DNA of 64,000 nt, taken from Mobula hypostoma (lineage: Eukaryota). Of the stretch, positions 10,380-24,585 are shown piece after piece (positions within the stretch are counted from its first letter, which is position 1; each line of letters opens with the position of its first letter). The stretch is taken from contig NC_086106.1 of assembly GCF_963921235.1 (NCBI RefSeq), positions 20,708,001 to 20,772,000 on the forward strand, read 5' to 3'. The notes below the pieces were generated by a model. That model ran no database searches and was not told where the DNA came from. It saw only the letters and a program-made list of their open reading frames with translations. The position numbers and the translations under genes are program-made.

Positions 10380-10808
10380 TGACCGCACCCATAGCACGCA
10401 AAGCAATATTAAGCCCACGTCCCTGGTTGAAAATAGACTGATAAGAGATATTCCTTTTCCGAGACCTGACAGCATGAATTTCAGCACCAAACACTGGGTT
10501 CGTCTCCCCTACCCAGTGTTCGAAAACTCTTTGACCTATTTCAACCGATGAGAGAAACATGAGGATTGATACAGGTAGCCCAGGAGCTGACACCGAACTT
10601 CAGGAGAAGTAGTTGTTGCTGGTAATAGTACAGTTCCCAGTAGGTTTGCAGATAAGCTCGACTTAACCGGTGCTGGAAAAAGAAAAAAACAAAACTAAAA
10701 AGAAAAACAAACTCGTTTGGGAAGGCATCCACGGTGCAAATCAGCAGGCAGGAGAATTTTGCTTACCCAGACTGCTGTGGGCAGTACTGCGTGTAACAAA
10801 TCTTGCAT
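10380..10808 (-). pseudogene. Degenerate V gene (leader, about 90-nt intron, V exon), probably TCR-type
   Basis: Leader-like MQDLLHAVLPTAVW|gtaagc and a strong acceptor ttttcttttttccag. The exon reads ...PEVRCQLLGY...HRLK* (from HWxKQ) and ...ISLISLFSTRDVGL..CVLW. It has stops and no RSS. Confidence 0.5.
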
Positions 10809-11980
10809 TCCCACTCAAATATTAACCGCGCTGACAGACTTGCTAATCGATCAAACATTCAGCCCTACTAAAGTGATTTTCAGTGACTCATCAGCTTTGA
10901 TGACTTCATGACAAACTAGAGCCGTTTCTGCAGACAATGAAGTACGTTTTGAAGCAGAATCACTGTTGCCAAGGATGGTAGTTGGGACACACATTACACA
11001 AAGCAAATTCTCTTAAAAAACAGTGAAATATAAAGCGATGGGACACATTATGATGCTTGTTAAGTTACCCTTGTCCGGACAGATAATGGAAAACCTTGCA
11101 AACCTTTAAAGCCCACTTGACAATACCATCATGACAGGAATTAAAATGTTGAATGTTATGCCTTTCTCCAATAGGAAGATTAATTTGTCGTAGGCTTTGG
11201 AGGCTTGCGTGTTGTCTGGAATCAGGACATAGTGCTTTGGCTCTTGCTTGGGATACCTATGCCAAACAGGTCAAGGGGAGAAACCATGTTAAGAGTGGTC
11301 CCCTACCGCTCTAGATTATGGGGTTCTTCCCAAGACTAAGAACCCTGAACGGTCAAAAGCAAAATGTTCCGGAAACAGAAAAGAGGATTATATCTATACC
11401 TGTGTGCGATTGTATTTCTTAGTCTCATGTTGGGATTTGAATAACTGACTGGATTCAAACCAGAGAGGAAGCTACTGGTACGACGAAGGAAGCCCTGACC
11501 ACTAAGAAAATCAGGACCAGAAACGTTTTTTTTCAACAGTTTATAGACCAGGAGTCTCCGGATGATCGCCGTACCGTAGAAACAGAAATGCGGACCCTGA
11601 AACTCATTTGGGGCAAAATAGATAAGATAGCCAAAGACAGACAGAGGCAGGGGACCTGCATTGCTGTCCTAAATGACATCAGCGTAACAGACAGTAATTA
11701 ACTAAATTCAGAACACGACATACCCTATCGAGAAACATACATGCTTCAATGGTGCCGATGTGTCTACCATTTATCGTAGATTTCCTTTTTGCATTTGTCG
11801 TCACGAGTGGTTGCCTCACTCTTATCCAGATCAAATGTCGTCTCCAATATCCCCGCCCAAGTGATCCATGATCAGTGTAGCTCATTTCACAACCTTCATA
11901 GTTAATCACAGCTCTGCAATTTGTGTGCCAACTGCTCTCCTAAACATCTACGTACATTTTAATGCAAAGGCTTTTATATA

Positions 11981-13520
11981 CAGTGCCTAGAAAACGTACT
12001 CATCCTCCTTGGAATCTTTCGTATTTTATACTTTTAGAACATTGAATTACAATGGATTTAGTTTAGCTTTTTTGAGACTGATCAATAGAAAAAAAAGTCA
12101 CTTTTGTCTCAAATTATAAACAGATCTCTACAAAGTGATCTACATTAAATGCAAATATAGAACACAAAATAATTGTCTGCATACGTATTTACCCCCTGCA
12201 GGTCTGTGTTTAATACATGCACATTTGGCGGCAATTACAGCTTTGGACATCTGGACAATGTAATTCTCCCCCATTCATCTTTACAAAGTTGATTAAGCTC
12301 TGTCTGATTGTATGGAGATCGTGAGTACACAGCCATGATCAAATCCAGCCATAAGGTCTCAATGGGATTGATGTCTAGAATCTGAACTGGCCACTCCAGG
12401 ACATTAACTCTTTTTTATGCGATCCTGCGTAGCGTTCCCGTTATGCTTTGCGTCATTGTCTTGTAGGAAAACAAATCTCCAAGTCACAGTTCTCTTGCAC
12501 ACTGCATCAAGTATTTCGCTCTATTTTGATCCATTAATTTTACCTCCTACACCTATTAACTTCCACGCCCTTCTGAAGGGAATCATCCTCACAGCATGGT
12601 GAGACACCACTATGCTTCATGGTAGGAGTGATGTGCGGTGTTTGGCTTACACCGAACATAGCGTTTCGACTGATGGCCATAAAAATAAAATTTGGATTCA
12701 TAGACCATAGACATTTTTTTGCAGCTAACTGCCGAGTTTCTCACATTCGTTTTGGTAAACTCTAGCCGAAATTGCATGTGAGTTTCCATTTAACATATTG
12801 GTTTCTCTGTGCCATTCTCTCATAATGCTGCGAATGGTGAAGCATTGAACAACAGGTGTTGTATGCGCAGTATGTTTCATCTCAGCTACTAAATCTTTTA
12901 ACTCCTCCAGAGCTGGCATAGGTCTCTCGGTGGCCACCCTCATTAGTTTTTCTTCCTATGCGGTCATCCATTTTTGAAGTTGGCTCGATCTATGCAGATT
13001 TATAGCTAAGCCATATTCTTATATTTTCCGATGATTGACTTAATTCATTGACCTGGAAATACTCTTGTATTCATTTCATGACTTGTGCTTTTTAATAACC
13101 TTTACGTGGAGATACTTAGGGTGTTTTTTTCTTTACATGGTGTAGTTTGTGTCAGGACACTATCTCACCAGCAGCTGGACCTTCCAAATACAGGTTTAAT
13201 TTTAGTACAATCAGTTGAAACACATTGACTGCACAGGGGACTCCAAAAACTGAGCTCCATTTAACTAATTATGTAAATTCTAAAACCAATCGCCAGCGCC
13301 TGCGATTATTTGGTGAGATATATTAAATAGGGGGAGGGGGAAAGATGGGCCCTGGTGGTGGTGATGAATACCTAAGTTATCATTTTTTTTTTTTTTTGCT
13401 TTAGATGTATATTTAATTTAAATCCCTTTGCAGGTCTCTTTTCATTTTGACACCAAAGGGTCTTGTTCTATTAATTAGTGTCAAAAAAAGCCAAATTAAA
13501 TCCATTGGGAATCAATGTTA
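11981..13520 (-). mobile_element. Tc1/mariner DNA transposon remnant
   Basis: TA|cagtgcctagaaaa terminus at 11981. Minus strand at about 12270-12415 reads KRVNVLEWPVQILDINPIETLWLDL...ELNQLCKDEW, matching the Tc1 motif VLEWPSQSPDLNPIENLW. Right end is approximate. Confidence 0.8.
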
Positions 13521-13876
13521 GTTCATATGTCTATAAGGCCTAGGAGCAGAATTAGACAATTTGGCCCATTGAGGCTGCTCTGCCATTTAATCATGGCCGA
13601 TCGTTTACCCCACTCCTGAGCCAAAATTCCCCGCCCTTCCTCCTGAAACCTTCGATGCCGTGCCCAATCAATAATGTTTCAGGCTCTGCCTTAAAAAACA
13701 CCCAACGACCCGCCGTTCACAGCTGCCATTGGTATTAAATTCAAGCAATTCACCACCCCCTGGCTGAAGAAATTTCCCTGCATCTCTGTTTTAAATGGAC
13801 AACACCGTATCCTCAGAATGTGTCCACTTGTTTCCTAAACACTATTTGCCCCTCCACCAATCTTCGTATTATAGAA

Positions 13877-14862
13877 ACATAGAAACATAGAAAATAGGTG
13901 CAGGAGTAGGCCATTCGGCCCTTCGAGCCTGCACCGCCATTTATTATGATCATGGCTGATCATCCAACTCAGAACCCAGCCTTCCCTCCATACCCCCTGA
14001 CCCCTGAAGCCACAAGGGCCATATCTAACTTCCTTTTAAACATAGCTAATGAACTGGCCTCAACAGTTTGCTGTGGCAGAGAATTCCACAGATTCACCAC
14101 TCTCTGTGTGAAGAAGTTTTTCCTAACCTCGGTCCTAAAAGGCTTCCCCTCTATCCTCAAACTGTGACCCCTCGTTCTAGACCTCCCCAACATCGGGAAC
14201 AATCTTCCTGCATCTAGCCTGTCCAATCCCTTTAGGATCTTATACGTTTCAATCAGATCCCCCCTCAATCTTCTAAATTCCAACGAGTACAAGCCCAGTT
14301 CATCCAGTCTTTCTTCATATGAAAGACCTGCCATCCCAGGAATCAATCTGGTGAACCTTCTTTGTACTCCCTCTATGGCAAAGATGTCTTTCCTCAGATT
14401 AGGGGACCAAAACTGCACACAATACTCCAGGTGTGGTCTCACCAAGGCCTTGTACAACTGCAGTAGTACCTCCCTGCTCCTGTACTCGAATCCTCTCGCT
14501 ATAAATGCCAGCATACCGTTCGCCTTTTTCACCGCCTGCTGTACCTGCATGCCCACTTTCAATGACTGGTGTATAATGACACCCAGGTCTCGTTGCACCT
14601 CCCCTTTTCCTAATCGGCCACCATTCAGATAATAATCTGTTTTCCTATTTTTGCCACCAAAGTGGATAACTTCACATTTATCCACATTAAATTGCATCTG
14701 CCATGAGTTTGCCCACTCACCCAACCTATCCAAGTCACCCTGCATCCTCTTAGCATCCTCCTCACTGCTAACACTGCCACCAAGATCTGCAATCTTGGCA
14801 ACAACGCCTTCTAAATCATTGATATAATACATAAAACGTTTTCGAGCACCCGCCACGCTCAC
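13877..14862 (-). mobile_element. 5'-truncated, relatively young CR1 LINE (RT C-terminus and 3' UTR)
   Basis: 297-aa ORF 13969-14862 (QGDLDRLGEWANSWQMQFNVDKC...YKALVRPHLEYCVQFWSP) with the 3' tail repeat atagaaacatagaaacatagaaa. Confidence 0.95.
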
Positions 14863-17539
14863 TACATGAAATAGTAGGACAAGATATATTATTCTTGTTT
14901 AAAACAATCAGGCTTTAGTTGACTGCAATCAATTGCTGAGCCAACAGACTTCCATTGGTGCTGCAAACTTTTGCAGATCCTATGATTGCTTTCCTGGAAA
15001 TAAAATATACTGGGCGGCAGAGTCGTGCACTTTATAACGTTGTTATCCTATAGTTTCTACAACCGGCTTTCGTTCTTGAACTGGGGAAAGATAAGTGTCC
15101 CCCCCAAAAAAAAATAGAATTCAGCGGGCATGTTCAAGGGTGATTATTTCATTTTCCGTTCCTTGTGGGCTGAATCAACATGTTCATTTGCGCAGTAAAG
15201 TCCAGCGGGGCCCAATTCAGGTCTGAATGTGAGGAATCAACAGTTGTGGGTTGGTGGTCAAGCCGGGAGAGATTACAAAAGTACATGGGATTGCGAATAG
15301 CATCGTGTGGATGTGATCACTCTGTTGTCGCCATATTAGGACCAATGCTGAGAAGCAGACATATTGTCATACATCGATGGCACGAGCAGCTAATATTTGG
15401 TTGAGGTTATGTTTACATAGGTCATTTAGAAGTTGGGCGATCGACCATGAGTGTGCAGTCATCATAGATTCCAGAGATATACATTGAATGGGCTGATGTA
15501 TCTGGAGTTACCAGGGGCCGAGAATGTATTTCAACTGTCTTCAATTACATGGAGAGGTTGAATTGGCAAGACTTATTTTCACTAGAGCGTTGAAAAGTTA
15601 AATCTAACTTCGGAAAAGTGTATAATATTTTTGAGCAGTTTAGATAAAGCAAAAGTCTGCATCCCACCCTACGTAGTTAAGAACCAGAGGGCACAAAATT
15701 ATGGTGATACGGAAGAAATTAGGAAATATGTTAGCGCTGTTATCCCAAACGCATGGTTGTGGGTATCTGCAAAGAGTTATTAGAAAAGGTAGTGAGGCTG
15801 ATACAATGCGTTGTTTGAAAGGCATTTCGAACTGAGGTGCAATGTCACTAATTAGCACTTCCCATTCTCTCAGTAGGTTTATGGTTGTGATAATGCTGGC
15901 AATCCTGGCCTATCGGGTAGGCATTCCTTCTATGCATTTTGAAACTGGTAGATTATTTTACTGACGTTCATTCGTTCGTGTTCTTACTCTCTAACTGTAC
16001 TGATTCACTCAGTGATTAAGCAACCTTTGTTTTATATCGTATTGCTAATTTTAGCCGTGTTTGCCCCTCCCCGCCCACACATTAGTGGCACAAATTTTAT
16101 TTTGGCTCGTTCATCTTCCGACGCTGTCTGCTTGAACACAATCTTTAAGTAACGTTTCTCCCTTGCCGTCGATACAGTCTGATATGGGTATTTCCAGATT
16201 TATTTTTGTATTCCCAGCACTTGCATTTAAAAAAAAAATATTTTATGACAAACGTTTAATATAAAGATTAATTTCTAAGGACAGCGACGTGGGCGTAACA
16301 GTCGAACATGAACACATGGGGTGCAGCTCAGAACATACGATATGGAAGAGTACAGGCAGATCTAGTTCAACCCACCCCATATCTGTGCCAATCTTGATGT
16401 TGTTTTTAAGCAGCATATCTACCTACAACTCCCCCAGTCGGTGGATGAGAAATGCCTATCAAATTTTCTCTTACAAGTTGCCATTTTATCCATTACTACG
16501 TATTCTTCTCACGTTCCAGGCCTTTTCCACTCCACATTCCTTTACTGACAATTGAAGCCTCTTTGCTATAGTCCCTTTCATCTTAAATCTATGTTGCCGA
16601 GGATTTCACGGTTTCATCTTTGGCATCGAGACACCGATTATCTTCCTTATCATTTTTTCGCATTGTATACAATCAATCAGGTCGGTCGTCAGCCTCTGGT
16701 GCTCAAGATAAAGGAATCCTATTTTTTTTACTCTCCCCTCGTAGATCATGCAGTCTTATGCAGGTAACATATACGTGAACCTCTTCTGCGGCACATCCCA
16801 GGCCCCGCATCCTTCCTAACATATGACGATGAAAACTGTTTGCAAAATGCGGTGGAGCAAATATTGTATATAACATTACTTGCCAGCATTTATGCACAAT
16901 TACACGAAAGATAACGGGATATATCTTGTACGTTTCCTTCAGCATGCACCTCCCGCGGACCAAAACATTGTCAGAGGGTTTGGTGGCTTTTGTGCCTCAA
17001 GGCCACGGAGGGTCTTGTGCGTTGATACTTGTTCGGGTCCTCCTTGGCATACAGGTCCAATGTAGAGGCCACACTGAACGTAGACAATTTAGAAGGTTCC
17101 GGGTTTGAGAGGCGCGCAGTTTTAAGTTCCTTGGCACACGTATCACTGAGGATCTCACGTGGTCTGTACATCACGGCTGGATGGAGAAAAATGCACAAAA
17201 GTGACTCTTTTACCTCAAACAGTTGAAGAAGTTTGGTATGGGTTCCGAAATCCTAAGAGCTTTCTGCAAAGGTACAGCTGAAGACAACTTGACTGAATGC
17301 ATCAATGTCTGATATGGGAATTATATATCACTCTATTGCAGGACTCTGCAGGCGTGGAGCAGACATCCCAGTGAATCTTAAGGTATAATTTTCCCACTTT
17401 TCAGGACATTTACAGTGACAGCTGCTACCGCCCTGAAAACGGTACCACAGCATAAAAGCCAGCACCAACAGACTCCGGGACAGCTTCTTTCATCAGGCCA
17501 TCAGATTGATTCATTCACGCTGAAATAATTTCATTTAAG

Positions 17540-20500
17540 TAACATAGAAACATAGAAACAAATACATAACGATACAGGCCCATCGGCCCAGAAAGCTGTG
17601 CCGCACATGTCCCTACCTTAGAACTTCCTAGTTTTCCCCTTAGCCCTCTATTTTTCTAAGATCCATGTACCCATCTAGGAGTCTCGTAAGAGACCCTACT
17701 GTTCCGCCTCCAATGCCGCCGGCAGCTCATTTCACGCACTCACCGATCTCTGCCTAAAAAAAATAACTTACCCCTGACATCTCCTCTGTACCTACGTCCA
17801 AGCATCTTAAAAATATGCCCCCTTGTGCTAGCCATGTCAGCATGGGGAAGACCCTCTGACTATCCACATGATCAATGCCTCTCATTATCTTGTACACCTC
17901 TATCAAGTCACCTCTCATCCTCCGTCGCTCCAAGGAGAAAAGGCCGAGTTCACTCAATCAGGCAACACCTTTGTAGATCTCCTCTGCACCCTTTCTATGG
18001 TTTCCACGTCCTTCCTATAGTGAGGCGACCAGAAGTGAGCACAGTACTTCAAGTGGGGTCTGGCCAGGGTCCTGCAACATTATAGCTGCAACATTACCTC
18101 TTGACTGTTAAACTCAGTCCCACGATTGATGAAGGCCAATGCACCGCATGCCTTCTTAAACATAGATTCAATCTGCATAGCAGCTTTGAGTATCCTGTGG
18201 ATTCGGACCCCTTTGATCATCCACACTGCCAACAGTCTTACCGTTAATACTACATTCTGCCATCATATTTGATAACCAAACTGAACTACCTCACTCCTAT
18301 CTGGGTTGGACTCCATCTGACACTTCTCAACCCAGTTTTGCATCCTATCATTTTCCAGTTGTAACCTCTGACTGCCCTCCACACTATCCGCAACACACAC
18401 AACCTTTGTGTCATCAGCAAGTGTACTAACCTATCCATCCACTTCCTCATCCAGGTAATTTATAAAAACCACAAAGAGTAGGGGATCCAGAACATATCTC
18501 TGAGGTACATCACTGGTCATCAGCCTCCATGCAGCATATGTCCCATCCACAACCACTCTTTGCCTTCTGTGGGAAAGCCAGTTCTGGATCCAGAAAGCAA
18601 TCTTTCCTTGGATCCCGTGCCTCCTAACTTTCTCAATCAGCCTTGCATGGGGTACCTTATCAAACACATCAACGGCTCTACATTCATCAATGTGCCTAGT
18701 CACATCCTCAAAAAAATTCATCAGGCTCGTAAAGCACGACCTGCATTTGACAAAGCCATGCTGACTATTTCTAATTATATTACGCCTCTGCAAATGTTCA
18801 TAAATCCTGCCTCTCAGGATGTTCTCCATTAACTTACCAACAACTGAAGTAAGACTCACTGGCCTATAATTTTCTGGGCTATCCCTACTCCCTTTCTTGA
18901 ATAAGTGAACAACATCAGCAGCCCTCCAATCCTCCCGAACCTCGCCTGTCCTCATTGAAGATGCAAAGATGATTGCCAGAGGCTCAGAAATCTCCTCCCT
19001 CGCTTCCTATTATAGCCTGGGGAACATCCCGGCCGCTCCGGATGACGTATCCAACGATGATTTCCAAACGTTCTAGCGCATCCTCTTTCTTAATATCTGC
19101 ATTCTCAAGCTTTTCAGTCCACTGCAAGTTATCCTTACAATTGCCAAGATCTTTTTCCTTAGAGAATACTGAAGAAAAGTATTCATTAAGTACTTCTGCT
19201 ATTTCCTCCGATTCCATGCACACTTTTCCATTGTCACAATTGATTGGTCCTATTCTCTCTCGTCGTATCCTCTTACTGTTCACATACTTGTAGAATACCT
19301 TCGCGTTTCCTTAATTCTGTGCGCAAAGGCCTTCTTATGGCCCCTTCTAGCTCTCCTAATTTTATTCTTAATCTCCCTTCTGGTAGCCTTATATTCTTCC
19401 AGAATCAGATCATTACCTCGTTTTTTGAACCTTTCGAAAGCTCTCCCTTTCTTCTGGGCTAGATTTACAACAAATTTGTGCACCACGGATCTTGCACCCT
19501 ACCATTCTTTTCATGTCTCATTGGAACGTAACTACTCAGAACCACACGCAAATATTCCTTGAACATTTGCCACATTTCTTCGGTACGTTTCCATGAGAAC
19601 ATCTGTATCCAATTTCTGCTTCCAACTTTCTGCCTGGTAGCCTCATAGTTCTCCATACTCCAATTAAACGTTTCCCAAACTTATCTGTTCCTATCCCTCT
19701 CCAATACTATGCTAAAGGAGATAGAATTGTGATAACTATCTCAAAATTGTTCTCCCACTGATAGACCTGACACCTGACCAGGTACATTTCCCAATACCAG
19801 ATCAGGTGCAGCCTCTTCTCTTGTAGCCATATCTACAAATTGTGTTGGGAAGCCCTCCTGAACACACCTAACAAACTCCACACCATTTAAACCCCTCACA
19901 CTAAGGAGATGCCAGTCAGTATTTGGAAATTAAAATCTCCCACCACAACAACTCTGTTATTATTACTCCTTTCCAGAATCTGTCTCCCAATCTGTTCCTC
20001 GATGTCACTGTTACTATTGGGTGGTCTATAAAAAATCACCCATTAGAGTTATTGACCCTTCGTATTCCTAACTTTCATCGACAGAGACTCCGTAGACAAC
20101 TCCTCCATGACATCCACCTTTTCTGAAGCGGTGACGCTGTCTCTAATCAAAGGTGCCACGCCCCCACCTCTTTTGCCTCCCTTCCTATCCTTTCTGAAAC
20201 ATCTAAAGCCTGACATATTAAGTAGCTATTCGTGCCCCTGCAGCATCCAATTCTCCGTAGTGGCCACAACATCATACCTCCAAGTGCTGATTCACGCTCT
20301 AAGCTCGCCGCTTTATTCATGATACTCCTCGCATTAAAATGGACACATCGGACTGAGTGCGTCTCTTCTCTATCACCTGCCTATCCTCCCTTTCGCACTC
20401 TCTCCAAACTTTCTCTATTTGCCAGCCAAACTCACTTTCTTCCATCACTTCAGTTCGGTTTCCACCCCCGGCAATTCTAGTTTAAACTCTCTCCAATAAC

Positions 20501-21560
20501 GTTAGCAAACCTTCGCGCGAAGATGTTGGTCCCCCTTGGATTCAAGTGCAACCCATCCTTTCTGTACAGGTCACACGTGCCTCAGAAGAGGCCCTAATTA
20601 TCCAGAAATCTGAATCCCTTCCCCCTGCTACAATCTCTCAACCACGCATTTATCCTCCACCTCATTCTATTCCTATACTCACTGTCACGTGGCACAGGCA
20701 GTAATCCCGAGACCACTACCTTTGAGGTCCTGCTTCCCAACTCCTCTCCTAATTCCCTGTCGTCTGTTTGCAGGATTTCCTCGCTTTTCCACTGTTGTTC
20801 TCATTCCCACTTCAAGATATCGAGCAACACACATAAAAGCAGCCGGGAAACGCAGCAGGCCAGGCAGCATCTCTAGAAAGAGGTGCATTCGACGGTTCGG
20901 GCCGAGATGAAGATATCGAGGACGCGATCAGAAACATCCGGTACCCTGGCACCTGGGAGGCAAACTACTATCCGCCTTTCTTTCTTGCGTCCACAGAATC
21001 GCCTGTCTGACCAACTATAGTGTCCCCTATCACTGCTGCCATCCTCTTCCTTTCCCTACCATGTTGAGCCACAAGGCCAGACTCTGTTGCAGAGGCGCAA
21101 CCACTGTTGCTTCCCCCCGGTAGGCCATCCCCTCCAACAGTACCCAAGCAGGAATAATTATTGTTAAGGGGGGTAGCCACTGGGGTACTCTTTAGTACCT
21201 GCTTCTTCCATTCCCTCTCCTGACTGTTTCCCACTTCTCTGTCTCCTGTGATCACGGGGTAACCACCGGCCTATAGCCCCTGTCCGTAACCTGCTCACTC
21301 TTCATGACCAGATGAAGTGCGGATGTGGTCGTCTGGGAGGCCGGGGGTCTCTAGGACCTCCCAATTCGACACCGAGCACAGAAAACTGGCCTCACACACA
21401 TACACTCTGTCTTTATTTTAAACAGATAACCTATATGGCCTCGACCCTTTATCTCCGAAGCCCCGTTGAACCAAATCCTTCCTACTCTGTCTCCGACTAC
21501 TCCGACGCCCGCTCTGTAAATCTACCTTCTATTTAAACGTTTCCCGCTGTTCTCACTGGC
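17540..21560 (-). mobile_element. Near full-length degenerate CR1 LINE
   Basis: RT ORF 18431-18955 (NYRPVSLTSVVGKLME...QHGFVK), endonuclease remnants near 20 kb, and an ORF1 esterase-like AAVIGDTIV near 21 kb. A short Penelope end is inserted at about 20825-20910. Confidence 0.9.
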
Positions 21561-21879
21561 CGACCTCCACGCGCTTATGCGGTCATGACCCGTTAAAGTA
21601 GAAAAATCCGTCACCTTTTCAACACTGCTCGCGTTAAAAATCTTCGCCTTGTTCACACTGGCCGACCTCCACCTATATTTCTATTTCCTTAGAAATATAG
21701 CATATTGCTATTTCCATTGAAATACAGCATATTTCTATGCTATATTGACTGTTCTGTTGTACATAATATTTAGTACAAATTAATGCAAATTGCACATTAC
21801 ACATTCAGACGGAGACGTAACGTAAAGCTTGTTACTGCTCATCTGTGTGAAGTATGGAAACAATAAAGTTTATTCAAAT

Positions 21880-22284
21880 TTAATTCAAACTCAACAGGGT
21901 GCTGGGGTGAAGAAGGTAATAGGCGATGTCTGGTTCAGCAGCTTGCTCGAGTTGAGAGGTGATTGGAGCTGGGCCTGTTAATTCAGAAGAAACTTGCAAA
22001 CTGTTAAGGCTTGAATAATTGTATAAAATGATAGATGGTGAATCAGCAGATCTGCGAGATGCGGTTTGGTATTTGTCCGTATTGAAGCAAGTAAATAGGA
22101 CATGGCATAGTATGATAAACAGGTGGTTAATTTTATGTATCTCTCGGGATCTGGGCATTGCCGGTAGTCAGAATAAATTAGACATCTGAGCTGCATTTGG
22201 GGCCACCTACATTGATGGCACATGAGACATAATATGCTGTAATGGTAACAGTGAGAAATCTCCTTCATTGAGGTACCACTGAAC
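21880..22284 (-). pseudogene. Degenerate IgH CH1-like exon plus the truncated start of the next exon
   Basis: Strong acceptor ttttattctagttacttcag|GT. Reads GSVVP...VSC...LTTGNAQIPRDT*N*PPVY...QIC*FTIYH. It lies about 4 kb 3' of a JH and is paralogous to 5230-5483 and to 58440-58732 plus 61884-62040. Confidence 0.5.
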
Positions 22285-23009
22285 CTGAAGTAACTAGAAT
22301 AAAAATACAAATTGTAACGATGCTGGAAATCAGACTGCAGATCTAAATCCTTTGCAGATTATTATTAACTGAGTAAAAAACTACTGCTTTGTTGTGGTGG
22401 TATCCTTGGACTGTATCCATCTCTCTGCACTATTCATCTGTCTTTTTGTACTGCCCTGATCTCCATCTCTCTGAATCCACCCTTATTTTGTATCGATTGG
22501 GTCACTGTGCCACTGTGTCCTGAACAATATTTTTCCTTCAGTAACATCACCAGAACCGACCGTCTGATCGTTATTCCTTGAGATTGGAGGATTTGTTGTG
22601 TGAGAATGGCTCTACATTTCCTACTCTACAACAGGGCTGTCCTTTGTAACCACGCTATTACCTGTGAGGTACACAGGACACCGAGAAGGTGCTCTGTAAA
22701 TGTCGTGACTGTATGTAGCAACCACTTTTTGCTGAATCACCGGTGAATACTTCACTCCAAATCCCCGGTTTCCTTGAGCTAAATAAGTCGAAGGAATAAT
22801 CACTCCGGTCCCAACAAAACCATGGTTTTGAGACGGCTGTCCTACTCTAGTCCCCGGTATGTGTGGATGCGTGTAATTTACCAACCTGTTACAACTGAGA
22901 GCCAAAAAACAAAACAAAAAAAAAATACAAAAAAAAACAGCACACTGCATACGATTACAGGGATTATATTTATGAATATGTAAGCGACAGGTATTCTGCA
23001 GATGCTGTA

Positions 23010-23985
23010 AATTTAAGCAACGCACATCAAAGTTGCTGGTTAACGCAGCAGGCCAGGCAACATCTCTAGGAAGAGGTGCAGTCGACGTTTCAGGCCGAGA
23101 CCCTTCGTCAGGACTAACTGAAGGCAAAGTGAGTAAGAGATTTGAAATTGGGAGGGGGAGGGGGAGATCCAAAATGATAGGAGAAGACAGGAGGGGGAGG
23201 GATTGATCCAGGAGCTGTACAGGTGATAGGCAAAGGGGATACGAGAGGATCATGGGACAGAAGGTCCGGGAAGAGAGACAAGGGGGGCGGGGTGATCCCA
23301 GAAGATGGGGAAGGGGGAAATTCAGAGGGACAGAGAGAGAAAAAGGAGAGTGAGAGAAAGAATGTGTGTATAAAAATAAGTAACAGATGGGGTACGAGGG
23401 GGAGGCGGAGCATTAGCGGAAGTTAGAGAAGTCGATGTTCATGCCATCAGGTTGGAGGCTACCCAGACGGAATATAAGGTGTTGTTCCTCCAAACTGAGT
23501 GTGGCTTAATCTTTACAGTAGAGGAGGCCGTGGATAGACATGTCAGAATGGGAATGGGATGTGGAATTAAAATGTCTGGCCACTGGGAGATCCTGCTTTC
23601 TCTGTCGGGCAGAGCGTAGGTGACGAGAGAAGCGGCGAGAGGCACTTATCCGTGTAAGCGGAATAAGTGCTACACATGGCCTTACACTTCCTCTCCTACC
23701 ACCATTCAGGGCCCTAAACAGTCCTTCCAGGTGAGGCGACACTTGACCTGTGAGTCGGCTGGGGTGATATACCGCGTCCGGTGCTCCCGATGTGGCCTTT
23801 TTTATATTGGCGACACCCGACGCAGACTGGGAGACCGCTTTGCTGAACACCTACGCTCTGTCCTCCAGAGAAAGCAGCATCTCCCAGTACCAACACGTTT
23901 TAATTCCACATCCCATTCCCATTCTGAAATGTCTATCCACGGCATCCTCTACTGTAAAGATGAAGCCACACTCAGAGTTCTCAGA
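23010..23985. mobile_element. Two Penelope-like GIY-YIG end fragments in inverted orientation
   Basis: Minus 23010-23615 and plus 23620-23985. ORF 23620-24042 has VIYRVRCSRCGLFYIGDTRRRLGDRFAEH. Confidence 0.88.
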
Positions 23986-24585
23986 TTTTCTCAGATTTAC
24001 ATGATTTTCTCAGATTTACATGACAAATACCAGTTACATTGAATGAAACTGAGCAGAGAGTGAGACCAATCTTCCGATATCGTTGTGCTTCATTTGAACA
24101 CACCCAATAAACTCAGAGGTCTATCTACCCTTCCTTGTATCCTTACAAAACGCCTGTACACTCTTGCTGGCCATCCCACCCCCCCCCGCCCCTCACCCCG
24201 ATTCTCTACATTCACTAGTGGAACACACGATCATTCAGGCAGGATGTTCCAGGTCACAACCATTCATCAACAAACGTTCCCTTAAATGCTCCCCATTACA
24301 CGTATTTGACTTGAAAGCTCTCTGCCTACAGTACCTTCACTACCATTCTCACCCCACTCAAGAATTCAAGGCTCTCTGGAATATATGAAGGAAAGGTGCC
24401 TTAATTACCGTTTTATTTTTCCTGCAAATTCCCCACAGTCTTCCAATCTCGAAAATCGCTCCTTACGTATCCAACATCCTTTCCCATCAGCGAATAAAAC
24501 TAATACCTTAATCCCATCAATTAACCCTGGATATCTTTTGCTGTATCCTACGACAGCCCTCATGCTGAATGCTATATCATGGGAC

